The notes under the pieces were generated by a model, which was given only the letters and a program-made list of their open reading frames with translations, was not told the DNA's origin and did no database searches. A DNA stretch of 26,083 nucleotides, taken from positions 1-26,083 of the forward strand of contig CAKKRA010000101.1 in assembly GCA_919902475.1 (NCBI GenBank). Direction: 5' to 3'. Each line of letters opens with the position of its first letter. Position 1 is the first letter of the stretch. The position numbers were made by a program, and so were the translations under genes. The DNA comes from Nitrospiria bacterium. Its GTDB lineage: Bacteria; Nitrospirota; CAKKRA01; 9FT-COMBO-42-15. Of this stretch, positions 7,218-16,920 are shown in pieces.

Positions 7218-8729
7218 TTATACTGATTTTCTCTTTTCAATCTCTTTTATAAAGACATCAGTAATCTCCGGGTCAAACTGCGTCCCGGAAAACTTCTTTA
7301 ACTCAGATATTGCCGCCTCATGGGATAATGCCTTTCTATAGGGCCTGTCAGATGTCATTGCGTCAAAGGCATCTGCTACCTGCAGGATTCTTGCTCCTAA
7401 TGGTATTTCGCCTCCTTTTATACCATCAGGATAGCCGCTGCCATTGAAGAATTCATGATGGTGATAGATTAAGGGTATCGCATCTGAAAGAAAACTAATC
7501 GGCTGGATAATCTGCTTTCCAATAGTAATATGGTTTTTGAACATATCATGTTCAACCTTATTTAATCTTTCAGGCTTGTTCAAGGCAGAGTTGTCAATGC
7601 CGATTTTGCCTATATCGTGGAGCTTTGCCGCCTGGCATATAAGGCTTACCTCGTTCTGGGGAAGCCCAAGCCCTTCCGCAATAATCTGCGCATACTCGCA
7701 GACCTTATAAGAATGGCCTTTGGTATATTTATCCCTTGCCTCTAAAGCTGCTGCCAGACCGAGCATCGTCTCTTTAAAGGTCAGCTGGAGATTATCATAA
7801 AGCCTTGAAGTCTCAACTGCTGCAGCAATGCTGTTGCTGAATATAAGCAGGGACTTCTTCTGCCCTTCATTGAATATATGTCCCTTTGTAAATGAATAGG
7901 CATTTAAAACACCAATTATTTTATTATTTATTTTTAAAGGAACCGCGATAATTGAGATGAGGCTGCTTTCTTTTGCAATGAATACATCTGACCTTAAAAT
8001 ATCTTTCCCATGCAGGAGCACTGCTCTGTTATCCTTAAAGAATTTATTGACTAAATCATCACCTATAATTTTAATGAATCCTTTTGACCAGTTTTCATTT
8101 TTTGATTTAAAGCCGCGTATCTTTAATTCAAATAACCTGCTTTTTTCATTTTTAAGATACAGGGAAATGGCATCTGCATCAACCTCCCTTGATACGGCAT
8201 TTATTCCAATCCTGAAGATTTCATTAAGATTAGAGCCTGAGCTTATTGCTTCGCTTATATCATAAAGCGAGGTAGCCTCTTTTAGCTGAATATTTTCTAT
8301 CATATCCCTAAACTTTTCGTCAGCCCGTTTAACAGCATTCAGTATTTCATTAATGCTAAAAGGCTTGACTACATAGTCAAAGGCGCCCAATTTCATTGCA
8401 TCAACAGCAGTATCTATTGTGGCAAAACCTGTCAGCATTATTGTAACAATATTGCCCTTCAATTTTTTAATCTCATTTAACAGGGCAAGCCCGTCCATCT
8501 TTGGCATCCTGACATCTGATATAACAAGGTCATAATAGTCTTCCTTCAATATCTTTAATGCCTCTTCACCGTTTTTAGCAGTGGTAACAAAGTAGCCCTT
8601 TGACTTTAAGAATAAAGATACAACCTCAGTAATATTTTCCTCGTCATCAACAACTAATACCCGCTCAATTCCGCCTTTTTCCGCTGTAGGCCATTCATTC
8701 TTCAATAAATATGCATTATTTTGAGTCAT
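7218..8729 (-). CDS. Response regulator REC-GAF-HD-GYP, probable c-di-GMP phosphodiesterase
   Basis: VLVVDDE...SDVRMPKMDG (REC), GAF (IGVLNAYS), ARDKYTKGHS, LHDIGK, HHEFFNGSGYPDG, VADAFDAMTSDRPYRKA. AAGGAG 9 nt before ATG 8729 (ORF-track start 8747). Confidence 0.92.
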   Translation of the reverse strand: MTQNNAYLLKNEWPTAEKGGIERVLVVDDEENITEVVSLFLKSKGYFVTTAKNGEEALKILKEDYYDLVISDVRMPKMDGLALLNEIKKLKGNIVTIMLTGFATIDTAVDAMKLGAFDYVVKPFSINEILNAVKRADEKFRDMIENIQLKEATSLYDISEAISSGSNLNEIFRIGINAVSREVDADAISLYLKNEKSRLFELKIRGFKSKNENWSKGFIKIIGDDLVNKFFKDNRAVLLHGKDILRSDVFIAKESSLISIIAVPLKINNKIIGVLNAYSFTKGHIFNEGQKKSLLIFSNSIAAAVETSRLYDNLQLTFKETMLGLAAALEARDKYTKGHSYKVCEYAQIIAEGLGLPQNEVSLICQAAKLHDIGKIGIDNSALNKPERLNKVEHDMFKNHITIGKQIIQPISFLSDAIPLIYHHHEFFNGSGYPDGIKGGEIPLGARILQVADAFDAMTSDRPYRKALSHEAAISELKKFSGTQFDPEITDVFIKEIEKRKSV

Positions 8730-10911
8730 CTTGTGCAGCTCCTTCAATATCTATTATCTTATCTTTTCCAATGTATGATTTTGTCTTGTACTTTGTTATC
8801 TTTCCAATCTGCCGGACAAGCAATGCAATCCTCTTTGCGTCATCAAACATTACCTTCACTGCCCTGTAAACAGGGTCATCCTTTTCTATATTCATCATAA
8901 GAAGGTCAGCCCTTGCAATAATTGATGTCAGGGGCTGGTTGATTTCATGCGCTGCAGCGCCTGCAAGCTCTATTACTGCGGACTCTTTTTCTAACTGCAC
9001 CCTCTTTTCTTCAAGCTGTTTCTTTTCAGTTATATCCCGTGATATGCCTGAAAAACCTATTATCTCACCTGCCTCATCCTTTACAGGTGATATTGTAAGG
9101 CTGACATCTATAAGCCTGCCATCCTTGTGTTTCCTTTTTGTTTCAAAATTTGAGATGGTATTCCCCTTTATTACACTCTCAAAAAACATTGGCAGCTCAG
9201 CTCCCTTGTCTTCAGGAATAATGGAAATCTTCTTATTCATAACCTCCTCTTTTGAATAGCCGTACATTTTTTCCGCGGCGCTGTTCCAGCTTATGACAAC
9301 TTCATCCAAATCAATGCATGTTATCGCATCAGTGGCGCTCTCCACCAGCGTTCTGTATCTCTCTTCTGATTCCTTTATCTCTTCATTCAACTTTATGTTT
9401 TCAAGGGCAACTGCAACCTGATTTGCAATGCCCTTTGAGATTGCGGTCTCTTTTGTTGTAAAGGTATGAGCAGCCTGCGCAAAGGCTATGTTCATAAACC
9501 CCATAACTGACCCTTTGCTTACAAAGGGTGCAATCAAAAGCGATTTTATATTAAAGGTATCAGTAAATTCTTTTGGAAGGAATCCCGAATCAGGGGCATC
9601 TTCTATAATTATAGAGCCCCTTGTATCAAATATCTTATCAGCAATTATGTCAATATCCGGCTTTATAATCAGTCTTTTAAAATATGCAATCAATGAATCG
9701 TCTGTCAGACTTGTTTCAGCAGAAATAAAGGCGCAATCCCTCTCACTCCAGAGATGGGTGCAGCAAAAATCGCAGTTAATAAGCCATGGCATAATACCGC
9801 CAATCCGCTTTAATAATTGATTAACAGAGGTGTGATTGCTTATAAGTTCAGCGGTTTGCAAGAGTGTCGCAGATACATCTACCTCCTCATTAAGCGCGGC
9901 AAAGAGCTGTACATTTTCAATTGCCAGAGCTATCCTCTCTGCTAATATCTCTAACAGATTAATCTCATAAGGCGAAAAGGTATGCAAAGACAAGCTGTCT
10001 ATATGCAGTACACCCATTACCTTCTTTTTAACCCTTAAAGGCACAGCCAAAATAGACATTACATGATATGACCTTATATGCTCACTTGTAAGTATAGGCT
10101 TATCCTTTGCATAAGAAATAAACGGTCCATCCCTTTTAAGCACCTCTTTGATTATCTCCTTCTGCATCCTCTCTTCATATTGTTCAAGCACCTCTTCAGG
10201 CATATTATATGATGTCCTAAAGGTAATGCTGCCATCGTCGCCCAACAGATATATCTCTCCTGAGTCTACTGCCATTGCCTTTACCACCTTCTGGGTAAGG
10301 GAATACAATAAGGTTTCAATGTCCTTATTTGTAAATGATGTATCGATAATGGATTGCAAAGCAGAAAGCTCCTTTTGTATCTGATTCTTCCTCTCATTTA
10401 ACCTTATATTCTCTATTAAGGGAGACACTACTGTTGAAAATATATTTAGGAAATCCACATCCTGTTTTGTAAAGAGGTCTCTATTCTTCTTGTTAAAGGC
10501 AAATATAACTCCCAAGACTCCATTTTCAGAGAATAAGGGAACGCCAATAAATGAGTCCGTCCTGATATTATCAGTAATACCCTTCAGAATCCTCTTGTTT
10601 CTTAATGGATTGTCTATGAGTATAGGCTTCTTATTTTTCAGTATCCATGAACAGGCGCTGTTCTTTATATTAATATTCTGGATTGATATTGCCTTTGCCT
10701 GCTTGCCGTATGTTGAAAGAAGCTCTAACTTATCACCTTCTATTATGCAGGCTGCTACAGTTTCAGCATTAATAAGCCTTGCAATCCCTTTTGTAATCAT
10801 TGGCAAGGCGTCTTTCAGATTTTCTTTATTTATGGAGGTGCAAAGCTTCTGGAGCCTGTGCAGGCCTGATGCATATCTTTTACACTGCTCAATTGTGTGC
10901 TTATTTTTCAT
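8716..10911 (-). CDS. GAFx3-PAS-DHp(HisKA) sensor lacking a HATPase domain
   Basis: Three GAF-like units (SFIGVPL, SILAVPL, SLLIAPF), PAS (DAITCIDLDEVVISWNSAAEKMYGYS...SRDITEKK), H-box AAHEINQPL; only 76 residues follow the His. Start ATG 10911 or TTG 10944. Confidence 0.88.
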   Translation of the reverse strand: MKNKHTIEQCKRYASGLHRLQKLCTSINKENLKDALPMITKGIARLINAETVAACIIEGDKLELLSTYGKQAKAISIQNINIKNSACSWILKNKKPILIDNPLRNKRILKGITDNIRTDSFIGVPLFSENGVLGVIFAFNKKNRDLFTKQDVDFLNIFSTVVSPLIENIRLNERKNQIQKELSALQSIIDTSFTNKDIETLLYSLTQKVVKAMAVDSGEIYLLGDDGSITFRTSYNMPEEVLEQYEERMQKEIIKEVLKRDGPFISYAKDKPILTSEHIRSYHVMSILAVPLRVKKKVMGVLHIDSLSLHTFSPYEINLLEILAERIALAIENVQLFAALNEEVDVSATLLQTAELISNHTSVNQLLKRIGGIMPWLINCDFCCTHLWSERDCAFISAETSLTDDSLIAYFKRLIIKPDIDIIADKIFDTRGSIIIEDAPDSGFLPKEFTDTFNIKSLLIAPFVSKGSVMGFMNIAFAQAAHTFTTKETAISKGIANQVAVALENIKLNEEIKESEERYRTLVESATDAITCIDLDEVVISWNSAAEKMYGYSKEEVMNKKISIIPEDKGAELPMFFESVIKGNTISNFETKRKHKDGRLIDVSLTISPVKDEAGEIIGFSGISRDITEKKQLEEKRVQLEKESAVIELAGAAAHEINQPLTSIIARADLLMMNIEKDDPVYRAVKVMFDDAKRIALLVRQIGKITKYKTKSYIGKDKIIDIEGAAQDDSK

Positions 10912-10993
10912 AATCCTTATTCGTTCCTGTATGAGCGATACCAATTACCAGAATAATCGGTCTTGTATAAATATGCCTAAATATTAATATAGT

Positions 10994-11009
10994 AGCAATT
11001 TTCATACCA
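10994..11009 (-). promoter_or_regulatory. Putative sigma54 -24/-12 promoter for the GAF-DHp / HD-GYP operon
   Basis: Minus strand TGGTATGAAAATTGCT, with exact GG-N10-GC spacing. Confidence 0.65.
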
Positions 11010-11096
11010 GAGACATAATTATAAAATATCAAGTTTTACAAAATGTTACAGAGCTGTCATAAGATAAAAACATTTAAAATGACATTAAATGCGCTT

Positions 11097-11118
11097 AACT
11101 GTTCAACAATGAACAGTT
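11097..11118. promoter_or_regulatory. Perfect inverted repeat, candidate transcription-factor site
   Basis: AACTGTTCA-N4-TGAACAGTT in the divergent promoter region. Confidence 0.55.
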
Positions 11119-11162
11119 GTTGGTCTTACAATTTATGGCTGATTATGTTAGACTAAATCTTA

Positions 11163-12488
11163 ATGAAAAAGGTTGGTCTAATCAGTCTCGGATGCCCTAA
11201 GAATCAGGTAGATTCAGAGATTATGCTCGGCTATCTTACAAAGGCAGGCTTCACCATTACAAACAAAGAGGATGAGGCAGAGATAGCTATTGTTAATACC
11301 TGCGGCTTTATAAATGATGCCAAAGAAGAATCTATTGAAAGGATAATTGAGGCAGGAAGATTGAAAGAGAATGGAATCTGCAAGGCACTGATTGTAACTG
11401 GCTGCCTGAGCGAAAGATACAAAGAGGATTTAATAAAGGAACTGCCGGAGGTAGATGCATTTATCGGTGTCTCTGACATGGAAAGGATTGCTGATGTATG
11501 CAGAGAATTAATCGATAATGTAGGGGCAGGCTTTAAACCAGCCCCTACAGCATCCCCTCAACGTATCCTGATAAACCCTTCACACTATGCCTATGTAAAG
11601 ATTTCAGAAGGGTGCAATAACAGGTGCTCATACTGCACAATACCATCAATCAGGGGCGGTTATAAGAGCAGAGAAATAGAGGCTATCATTAATGAAGTGG
11701 AACAGCTTGCATCAAAGGGTGTAAAGGAGATAAATATAGTAGCGCAGGATACAACTGACTATGGCTTAGATATCTATAGAAAGAGGTGCTTAGCAGAACT
11801 TTTAAAGGGGCTTGTTAAGATAAAAAATCTCTTATGGATACGATTATTATATACCTATCCTGAGCATTTTGATGATGAATTAATAAACATTATTGCCAGT
11901 GAAGAGAAGATATGCAATTACATTGACATCCCCATCCAGCATATTGATGATGAAATATTAAGAAAAATGAAAAGAAATAGCAGTGAAAAGCAGATAAGGG
12001 GCATCATAGAAAGGCTGCGGCGCACGATTCCGAATATCGTTTTGAGAACATCCCTGATAGCAGGATTTCCAGGAGAAACAGAGGCGCAGCATAAAAGGCT
12101 GTATGATTTTGTTAAAGAGGCAGAATTTCACAGGCTCGGCGTTTTTGCATATTCAAAAGAAGAAGGCACTCCTGCCTCAGGATATAAAAATCAGATAACA
12201 CAAAAGATAAAAAACAGAAGAAGAAATGAGATAATGAGGCTTCAGTCAGGGATATCATTAAACAAAAACAGAGAATTAATCGGTAAAACACTTAAGGCGC
12301 TGATTAACGGATTATCAAGTGAAAGCGAGCTTCTTATTGACGGCCGTTACTACGGCCAGGCGCCAGAGGTAGATGGTGTTGTGTATATAAATGATGGAAT
12401 GGGATTAGATAAAGTAAGAGCTGGTGATTTTGTTAATGTGGAAATTACAGAGGCTCATCAGTATGACCTTGTGGGAAAGGTCATCTAA
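11163..12488 (+). CDS. rimO: Ribosomal protein S12 methylthiotransferase
   Basis: [55 protein letters not shown] (TRAM domain). Confidence 0.96.
   Translation: MKKVGLISLGCPKNQVDSEIMLGYLTKAGFTITNKEDEAEIAIVNTCGFINDAKEESIERIIEAGRLKENGICKALIVTGCLSERYKEDLIKELPEVDAFIGVSDMERIADVCRELIDNVGAGFKPAPTASPQRILINPSHYAYVKISEGCNNRCSYCTIPSIRGGYKSREIEAIINEVEQLASKGVKEINIVAQDTTDYGLDIYRKRCLAELLKGLVKIKNLLWIRLLYTYPEHFDDELINIIASEEKICNYIDIPIQHIDDEILRKMKRNSSEKQIRGIIERLRRTIPNIVLRTSLIAGFPGETEAQHKRLYDFVKEAEFHRLGVFAYSKEEGTPASGYKNQITQKIKNRRRNEIMRLQSGISLNKNRELIGKTLKALINGLSSESELLIDGRYYGQAPEVDGVVYINDGMGLDKVRAGDFVNVEITEAHQYDLVGKVI
11519..11549. repeat. GTAG-type REP-like palindrome (family B) inside the rimO reading frame
   Basis: TGTAGGGGC-AGGCTTTAAACCA-GCCCCTACA, translated as [10 protein letters not shown]. 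Confidence 0.85.
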
Positions 12489-14791
12489 ATCTCAAACCTT
12501 CTCACCTCTGCCTTTAACAGGTCTGCCTGGTCAACAAGGGTATCAATGGTATGTTTTATATCCGTAAATGAATCAGAATTTTGCTGAGTTATCTCCCTGA
12601 TCTTTTCTATTGCATGAACTATCTGCTCACTCCCGGTCTTCTGCTCTTTAGTTGCCTTCACAATTGAATGCACCTTGTGATTAACATTCTCAACTGCATC
12701 GTTAATCTGCTTGCTGCCTTTTGTCTGCTCTATTGTAGCCTGGCGCACCTGCCTTGATATGTCCCTCATCTTTTCTACCGAACTGATTATCTGGTCAGAG
12801 CCCTTCATCTGCTCCTGAGTAGCCTGTGCAATCTGCCTCACCATATTCGTTATCCTCTGCACCGCCTCATTAACCTGATGAAGCCCCCTTGACTGCTCTT
12901 TGGTTGCCTTTTCAATCTCCTTTGACATCTGTGCAGATTTATCAGCGCTCTCAAGTATCTTGTTTAATGCGCTGCCGGCATCCTTTGAAAGATTCATCCC
13001 CTCAATAACATTCACAGAGCTGCCCTCCATAGCAGCAACTGCATCTTCAACCCCTTTCTGCATTGACTCTATCATCTGGGCTATCTCTTTTGTAGATGCA
13101 GATGTCCTTTCTGCTAAATCCTTTATCTCATCTGCAACCACTGCAAACCCTCTGCCGTGCTCTCCTGCCTGCGCTGCAATTATTGCTGCATTTAATGCAA
13201 GAAGGTTTGTCTGGTCTGTTACATCATCTATTACTGTTAATATCTTGCCTATCTGCAAAGACCTCTCTCCAAGCCTGTTTATAATAACGCTTGTAGCTGC
13301 CACTGATTCCTTTATCTTATTCATACCGCCTACAGTCTTTTCAATAGCCTTTATACCCAGCTCAGATGCATCCTTTTTTACCCTTTCTGAGAGCATTGTT
13401 GACTCATTGACATTTCCTTCAACGCTTTTTATAGTTGTTGCAATCTCATTAACTGCAGAGGCCGTCTCCTCTGATGCTGATGAAAGGACATCAACATTCT
13501 CGCTAATCTGCTTTATTGAGGCTGACATCTCTGATATTGCAGATGATGTGTTCTCAACTACATTAGATAAGACATCGGTGCTCTGGGCAATCTGATTTAT
13601 AGATGCTGTCATCTCAAGGATAGATGCAGATGACTCATCAGCTGACTGTGAAAGCCCCTCTGCAGAATCTGCCACGCCCTTTATAGATGTATTCATCTGA
13701 TTAATGGATGCAGATGTAGACTCAGTTGATTCTGCCTGAGCCTTTGCCCCTTTTGAAAGTTTATCTGTATTTGTATTCATCTGCACTGCAACGGAAACAA
13801 CAGACTCAGCAACATCCTGAATTCTTTTGATAATTGTGCGGAGGCTGTATATGAAGCCATTTATGCCTGTTGCGAGCTCCTTTATTGTTGAAGCCTCAAC
13901 ATCTTTTCTTAAATCGCCATTTTCCATCTCCTTTAATGTGCCTATAATATTTGCTAAAGGATTCAGCACCCTTAATATAACAACAGAGAATGCTACTACA
14001 GAAACAAGGCCTAATGCAGCAATAAAAAGCTCTGAACGAAACAGGGTCTTTCTTAATAAGGTCACATCCTTTAATGCAATTATGCTTATGTTCTTCTTTT
14101 CATTTACCTCTGACAGATATATTTCAAATCTTTTGTCGTCCTTATTAATCTCTTTCTTTCCTGCAGCCTCCTTTACAAATTCATCTGTAGCCTCTATTAC
14201 CTCTTTACCAAGTATTATACCTGCCTCTGCATCAAGGATGGACTTTACCTCTGATAAAAGCAGTTTTGTATTAACGCCTAATTCTATAATTCCAAGCTTT
14301 TTCCCTTTTGAATAAATCGGCGAGGCAATGAATGAGTAGACCTTTCCCTTTTCCTCCTCAACGCCAAATACAACCTTATCCTCCCTGTTTGCAATCAGCG
14401 CTATCTCTCTGTTGTCCATCTGTGTATCCTTTGAATTGTTAGCTTTTAAATAGAGCCTTCCGTCAGGTGTATAGTAATTTAATATGCTTAAGCCGTCTTT
14501 GCTGTATCTATTAAGGATTGGATATGAATAGTCATAAAGCTCGTCTCTGTCGCCGAAATTGCTTTGTATATAGCTAATATTTGCTATAGTCTCTAAAAGG
14601 CCTTGCGACCATTTTTTATTATTTTCAAGGGCTTTTTTAATAAGGCCAGAGAGGTTTCTATTTGCTTCAGTTTCAATATAGGTCTCAATCTTTGAAAAAC
14701 TCCAGCGTGAAACAAGTATAAGCAGGACAAATTGAATAGCAATAATCGCTATCAGTATAGACTTGAGACCGCCCTTTTTGAAAAATTCCAT
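12485..14791 (-). CDS. Methyl-accepting chemotaxis protein (TM, Cache-like sensor, TM, HAMP, extended signalling domain)
   Basis: [43 protein letters not shown] hairpin tip; two hydrophobic TM segments; 28-residue repeats on both arms. Confidence 0.95.
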   Translation of the reverse strand: MEFFKKGGLKSILIAIIAIQFVLLILVSRWSFSKIETYIETEANRNLSGLIKKALENNKKWSQGLLETIANISYIQSNFGDRDELYDYSYPILNRYSKDGLSILNYYTPDGRLYLKANNSKDTQMDNREIALIANREDKVVFGVEEEKGKVYSFIASPIYSKGKKLGIIELGVNTKLLLSEVKSILDAEAGIILGKEVIEATDEFVKEAAGKKEINKDDKRFEIYLSEVNEKKNISIIALKDVTLLRKTLFRSELFIAALGLVSVVAFSVVILRVLNPLANIIGTLKEMENGDLRKDVEASTIKELATGINGFIYSLRTIIKRIQDVAESVVSVAVQMNTNTDKLSKGAKAQAESTESTSASINQMNTSIKGVADSAEGLSQSADESSASILEMTASINQIAQSTDVLSNVVENTSSAISEMSASIKQISENVDVLSSASEETASAVNEIATTIKSVEGNVNESTMLSERVKKDASELGIKAIEKTVGGMNKIKESVAATSVIINRLGERSLQIGKILTVIDDVTDQTNLLALNAAIIAAQAGEHGRGFAVVADEIKDLAERTSASTKEIAQMIESMQKGVEDAVAAMEGSSVNVIEGMNLSKDAGSALNKILESADKSAQMSKEIEKATKEQSRGLHQVNEAVQRITNMVRQIAQATQEQMKGSDQIISSVEKMRDISRQVRQATIEQTKGSKQINDAVENVNHKVHSIVKATKEQKTGSEQIVHAIEKIREITQQNSDSFTDIKHTIDTLVDQADLLKAEVRRFEI

Positions 14792-14822
14792 TTTTCTTTT
14801 ACCCCGTTTCAGATTTAACTGT

Positions 14823-14852
14823 TATAGGGGCATGGCATACCATGCCCCTATA
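14823..14852. repeat. REP-like hairpin (family B), intergenic
   Basis: TATAGGGGCATGG-CATA-CCATGCCCCTATA: perfect 13-bp stem; shares the TAGGGGC/GCCCCTA termini with the rimO copy. Confidence 0.8.
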
Positions 14853-14860
14853 TACAAACA

Positions 14861-15310
14861 TCACTTCTCAATAGGATACCCTTTTTCTTTCCATTCAGGT
14901 ATCCCGCCCCTGAACCAGTTTACATTTTTATGGCCTGCCTTTATGGCAGCAACAGATGATTTATAGGATTTCCAGCAACGGTCGCCATTGCAATAAAAGA
15001 CAACAGGAGTTGACTTGTCAGATGGAAGCTTGCTTGTGTCAAATTTATCAACACTTGAATCAAAATTAGCAGCCTTGTCGCTCTTTTCCTTATATGGAAG
15101 CATTACTGCGCCAGGCAGATGCCCTTCCCCATATTCAAGCTCATTCCTCACATCAAAGACCTTTCCATTCCCGCTTATCAGCTTCTTACACTCATCTGCA
15201 TTTATAACCTTTGCCCCACTTAAGCCGTCAGGGACAATGGGGTTTTCTGCATAAACTAAACCGCTAATGGCAAATATGGCTACCAGGGTAACTATTAAAA
15301 TCTTATACAT
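14861..15310 (-). CDS. Exported single-domain rhodanese-like protein
   Basis: Signal peptide MYKILIVTLVAIFAISGLVYA; DVRNELEYGEGHLPGA, VFYCNGDRCWKS, WFRGGIPEW. AGGAGG places the start at ATG 15310 rather than GTG 15319. Confidence 0.9.
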   Translation of the reverse strand: MYKILIVTLVAIFAISGLVYAENPIVPDGLSGAKVINADECKKLISGNGKVFDVRNELEYGEGHLPGAVMLPYKEKSDKAANFDSSVDKFDTSKLPSDKSTPVVFYCNGDRCWKSYKSSVAAIKAGHKNVNWFRGGIPEWKEKGYPIEK

Positions 15311-15336
15311 TCTGCTCACCTCCTTTCATATTAATA

Positions 15337-15364
15337 AGTATAGCCTTTTTTTTTATTTTGTCAA
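15337..15364 (-). promoter_or_regulatory. Putative sigma70 promoter for rhodanese-MCP
   Basis: Minus strand TTGACA-N16-TATACT. Confidence 0.5.
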
Positions 15365-15414
15365 AAAGGCCGATTTACTAAGTATATATAATTAAATCTC
15401 CTGAGGGTATTTAA

Positions 15415-15430
15415 AGCAACTTCTGTGCCA
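15415..15430 (-). promoter_or_regulatory. Sigma54 -24/-12 promoter for rhodanese-MCP
   Basis: Minus strand TGGCACAGAAGTTGCT matches TGGCAC-N5-TTGCW. Confidence 0.85.
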
Positions 15431-15522
15431 AAAAGACTAAACCCGCTTGGAGTTCTAAGTGCCTGATATTGCTTTTAAAATTATTGAGATATTTTAGATT
15501 GATGCTGTTATGAAGATAAAAT

Positions 15523-15570
15523 TGCTGAATTTTAAGCAGAAGAGCTATGATTGGTGCTAAATTTCCTGCA
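15523..15570. promoter_or_regulatory. Candidate tandem upstream activating sequences
   Basis: TGCTGAATTTTAAGCA (15523-15538) and TGCTAAATTTCCTGCA (15555-15570), 32 bp apart. Confidence 0.5.
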
Positions 15571-16914
15571 GTAGAGCTTGTATTTTTTCATCTTATATTG
15601 AAGCGTGCCTCTCTTCATCTTCAACTTCTCTGATGTCTTAACCTGATTATAGCTGCATTCCTCCAATGCCTGTTTGATTATATCCCTTTCAAGATGTTCA
15701 ACACGCTCTGCAAATCCAATATCAGATAATGCCTTTGAATAAAGATCAGCCCCCCTTTCCCTTAACTCCATTGGCAGGTCATCAATATTCACAACCTCAT
15801 CCTCTGACAGGACTATTATCCTTTCAATCGCATTTTCCAATTCCCTTATATTCCCAGGCCAGTCATAGGAATACAATATATCCTTAACCTCTGGTGATAT
15901 CAACACATCCTTGTGCAGCTCCTTTGTGTATCTATTCCAAAAATAATCTATTAAATCCGAAATATCCTCTCTCCGCTCTCTTAAAGGAGGGAGGGTAAGC
16001 GTAATCACATTCAGCCTGTAAAAGAGGTCTTCGCGAAAGATATTCTTCTTAATTGCCTCCTTAAGATCCTTATTTGTTGCTGCAATTATCCGCACATCCA
16101 CCTTTAATGTAGTTGTGCCCCCAACCCTTTCAAAGCTCTTCTCCTGCAGGAACCTTAGCAGTTTTACCTGTGTATTAAGAGGAAGGTCGCCTATTTCATC
16201 TAAAAACAACGTGCCTTTGTCTGCAATCTCAAACCTCCCCTTTTTCTGCGCATGCGCGCCGGTAAAAGAGCCTTTCTCATGGCCAAACAACTCGCTTTCC
16301 AAGACACCCTCTGCTAAGACAGCGCAATTCACTGCCACAAAGGAAAAATCCCTCCTGCTGCTTCTCTCATGAATCTCCCTCGCAACAAGCTCCTTGCCTG
16401 TGCCGCTTTCGCCTAATATAAGAACAGGCGTTGGCCTGCCTGCTACCTTATTTATAAATTTGTATATCTTTTGCATCTTCTGACCCTTGCCGATAATCCT
16501 GCCGAACCTGCTCTTAATCTCCTCTTTGAGTATTAGATTCTCGTCTGCTATCCTTTGCTGTGATAGCGCCTTTTCCACCTTTATTTCTATCTCTTCAAGG
16601 GAAAATGGCTTGAGGATATAGTCATACGCGCCTAACTTCATTGCCTCTATGGCATTCTCGATAGTGCCGTATGCTGTCATAATAATTACTATGGTTGTTG
16701 ACGAAATCTTCTTTATCTTTTTCAATACCTCAAGACCGTCCATCTTTGGCAGCCTGAGGTCTGTAATTACAAGGTCAAACATATCAGATGCAAATAATCT
16801 GACAGCATTCTCACCTGTGCCAACTGAAAAGACATCATACCCTTTCATCCTGAGGGTCTTTTCAAGAACATTCCTCATGCCTATGTTATCTTCAACTATT
16901 AATATCCTGTTCAT
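15532..16914 (-). CDS. Sigma54-dependent response regulator (NtrC/AtoC family: REC-AAA+-HTH)
   Basis: REC ([10 protein letters not shown]), [52 protein letters not shown]-terminal HTH. Confidence 0.96.
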   Translation of the reverse strand: MNRILIVEDNIGMRNVLEKTLRMKGYDVFSVGTGENAVRLFASDMFDLVITDLRLPKMDGLEVLKKIKKISSTTIVIIMTAYGTIENAIEAMKLGAYDYILKPFSLEEIEIKVEKALSQQRIADENLILKEEIKSRFGRIIGKGQKMQKIYKFINKVAGRPTPVLILGESGTGKELVAREIHERSSRRDFSFVAVNCAVLAEGVLESELFGHEKGSFTGAHAQKKGRFEIADKGTLFLDEIGDLPLNTQVKLLRFLQEKSFERVGGTTTLKVDVRIIAATNKDLKEAIKKNIFREDLFYRLNVITLTLPPLRERREDISDLIDYFWNRYTKELHKDVLISPEVKDILYSYDWPGNIRELENAIERIIVLSEDEVVNIDDLPMELRERGADLYSKALSDIGFAERVEHLERDIIKQALEECSYNQVKTSEKLKMKRGTLQYKMKKYKLYCRKFSTNHSSSA

Positions 16915-16920
16915 AATAAT

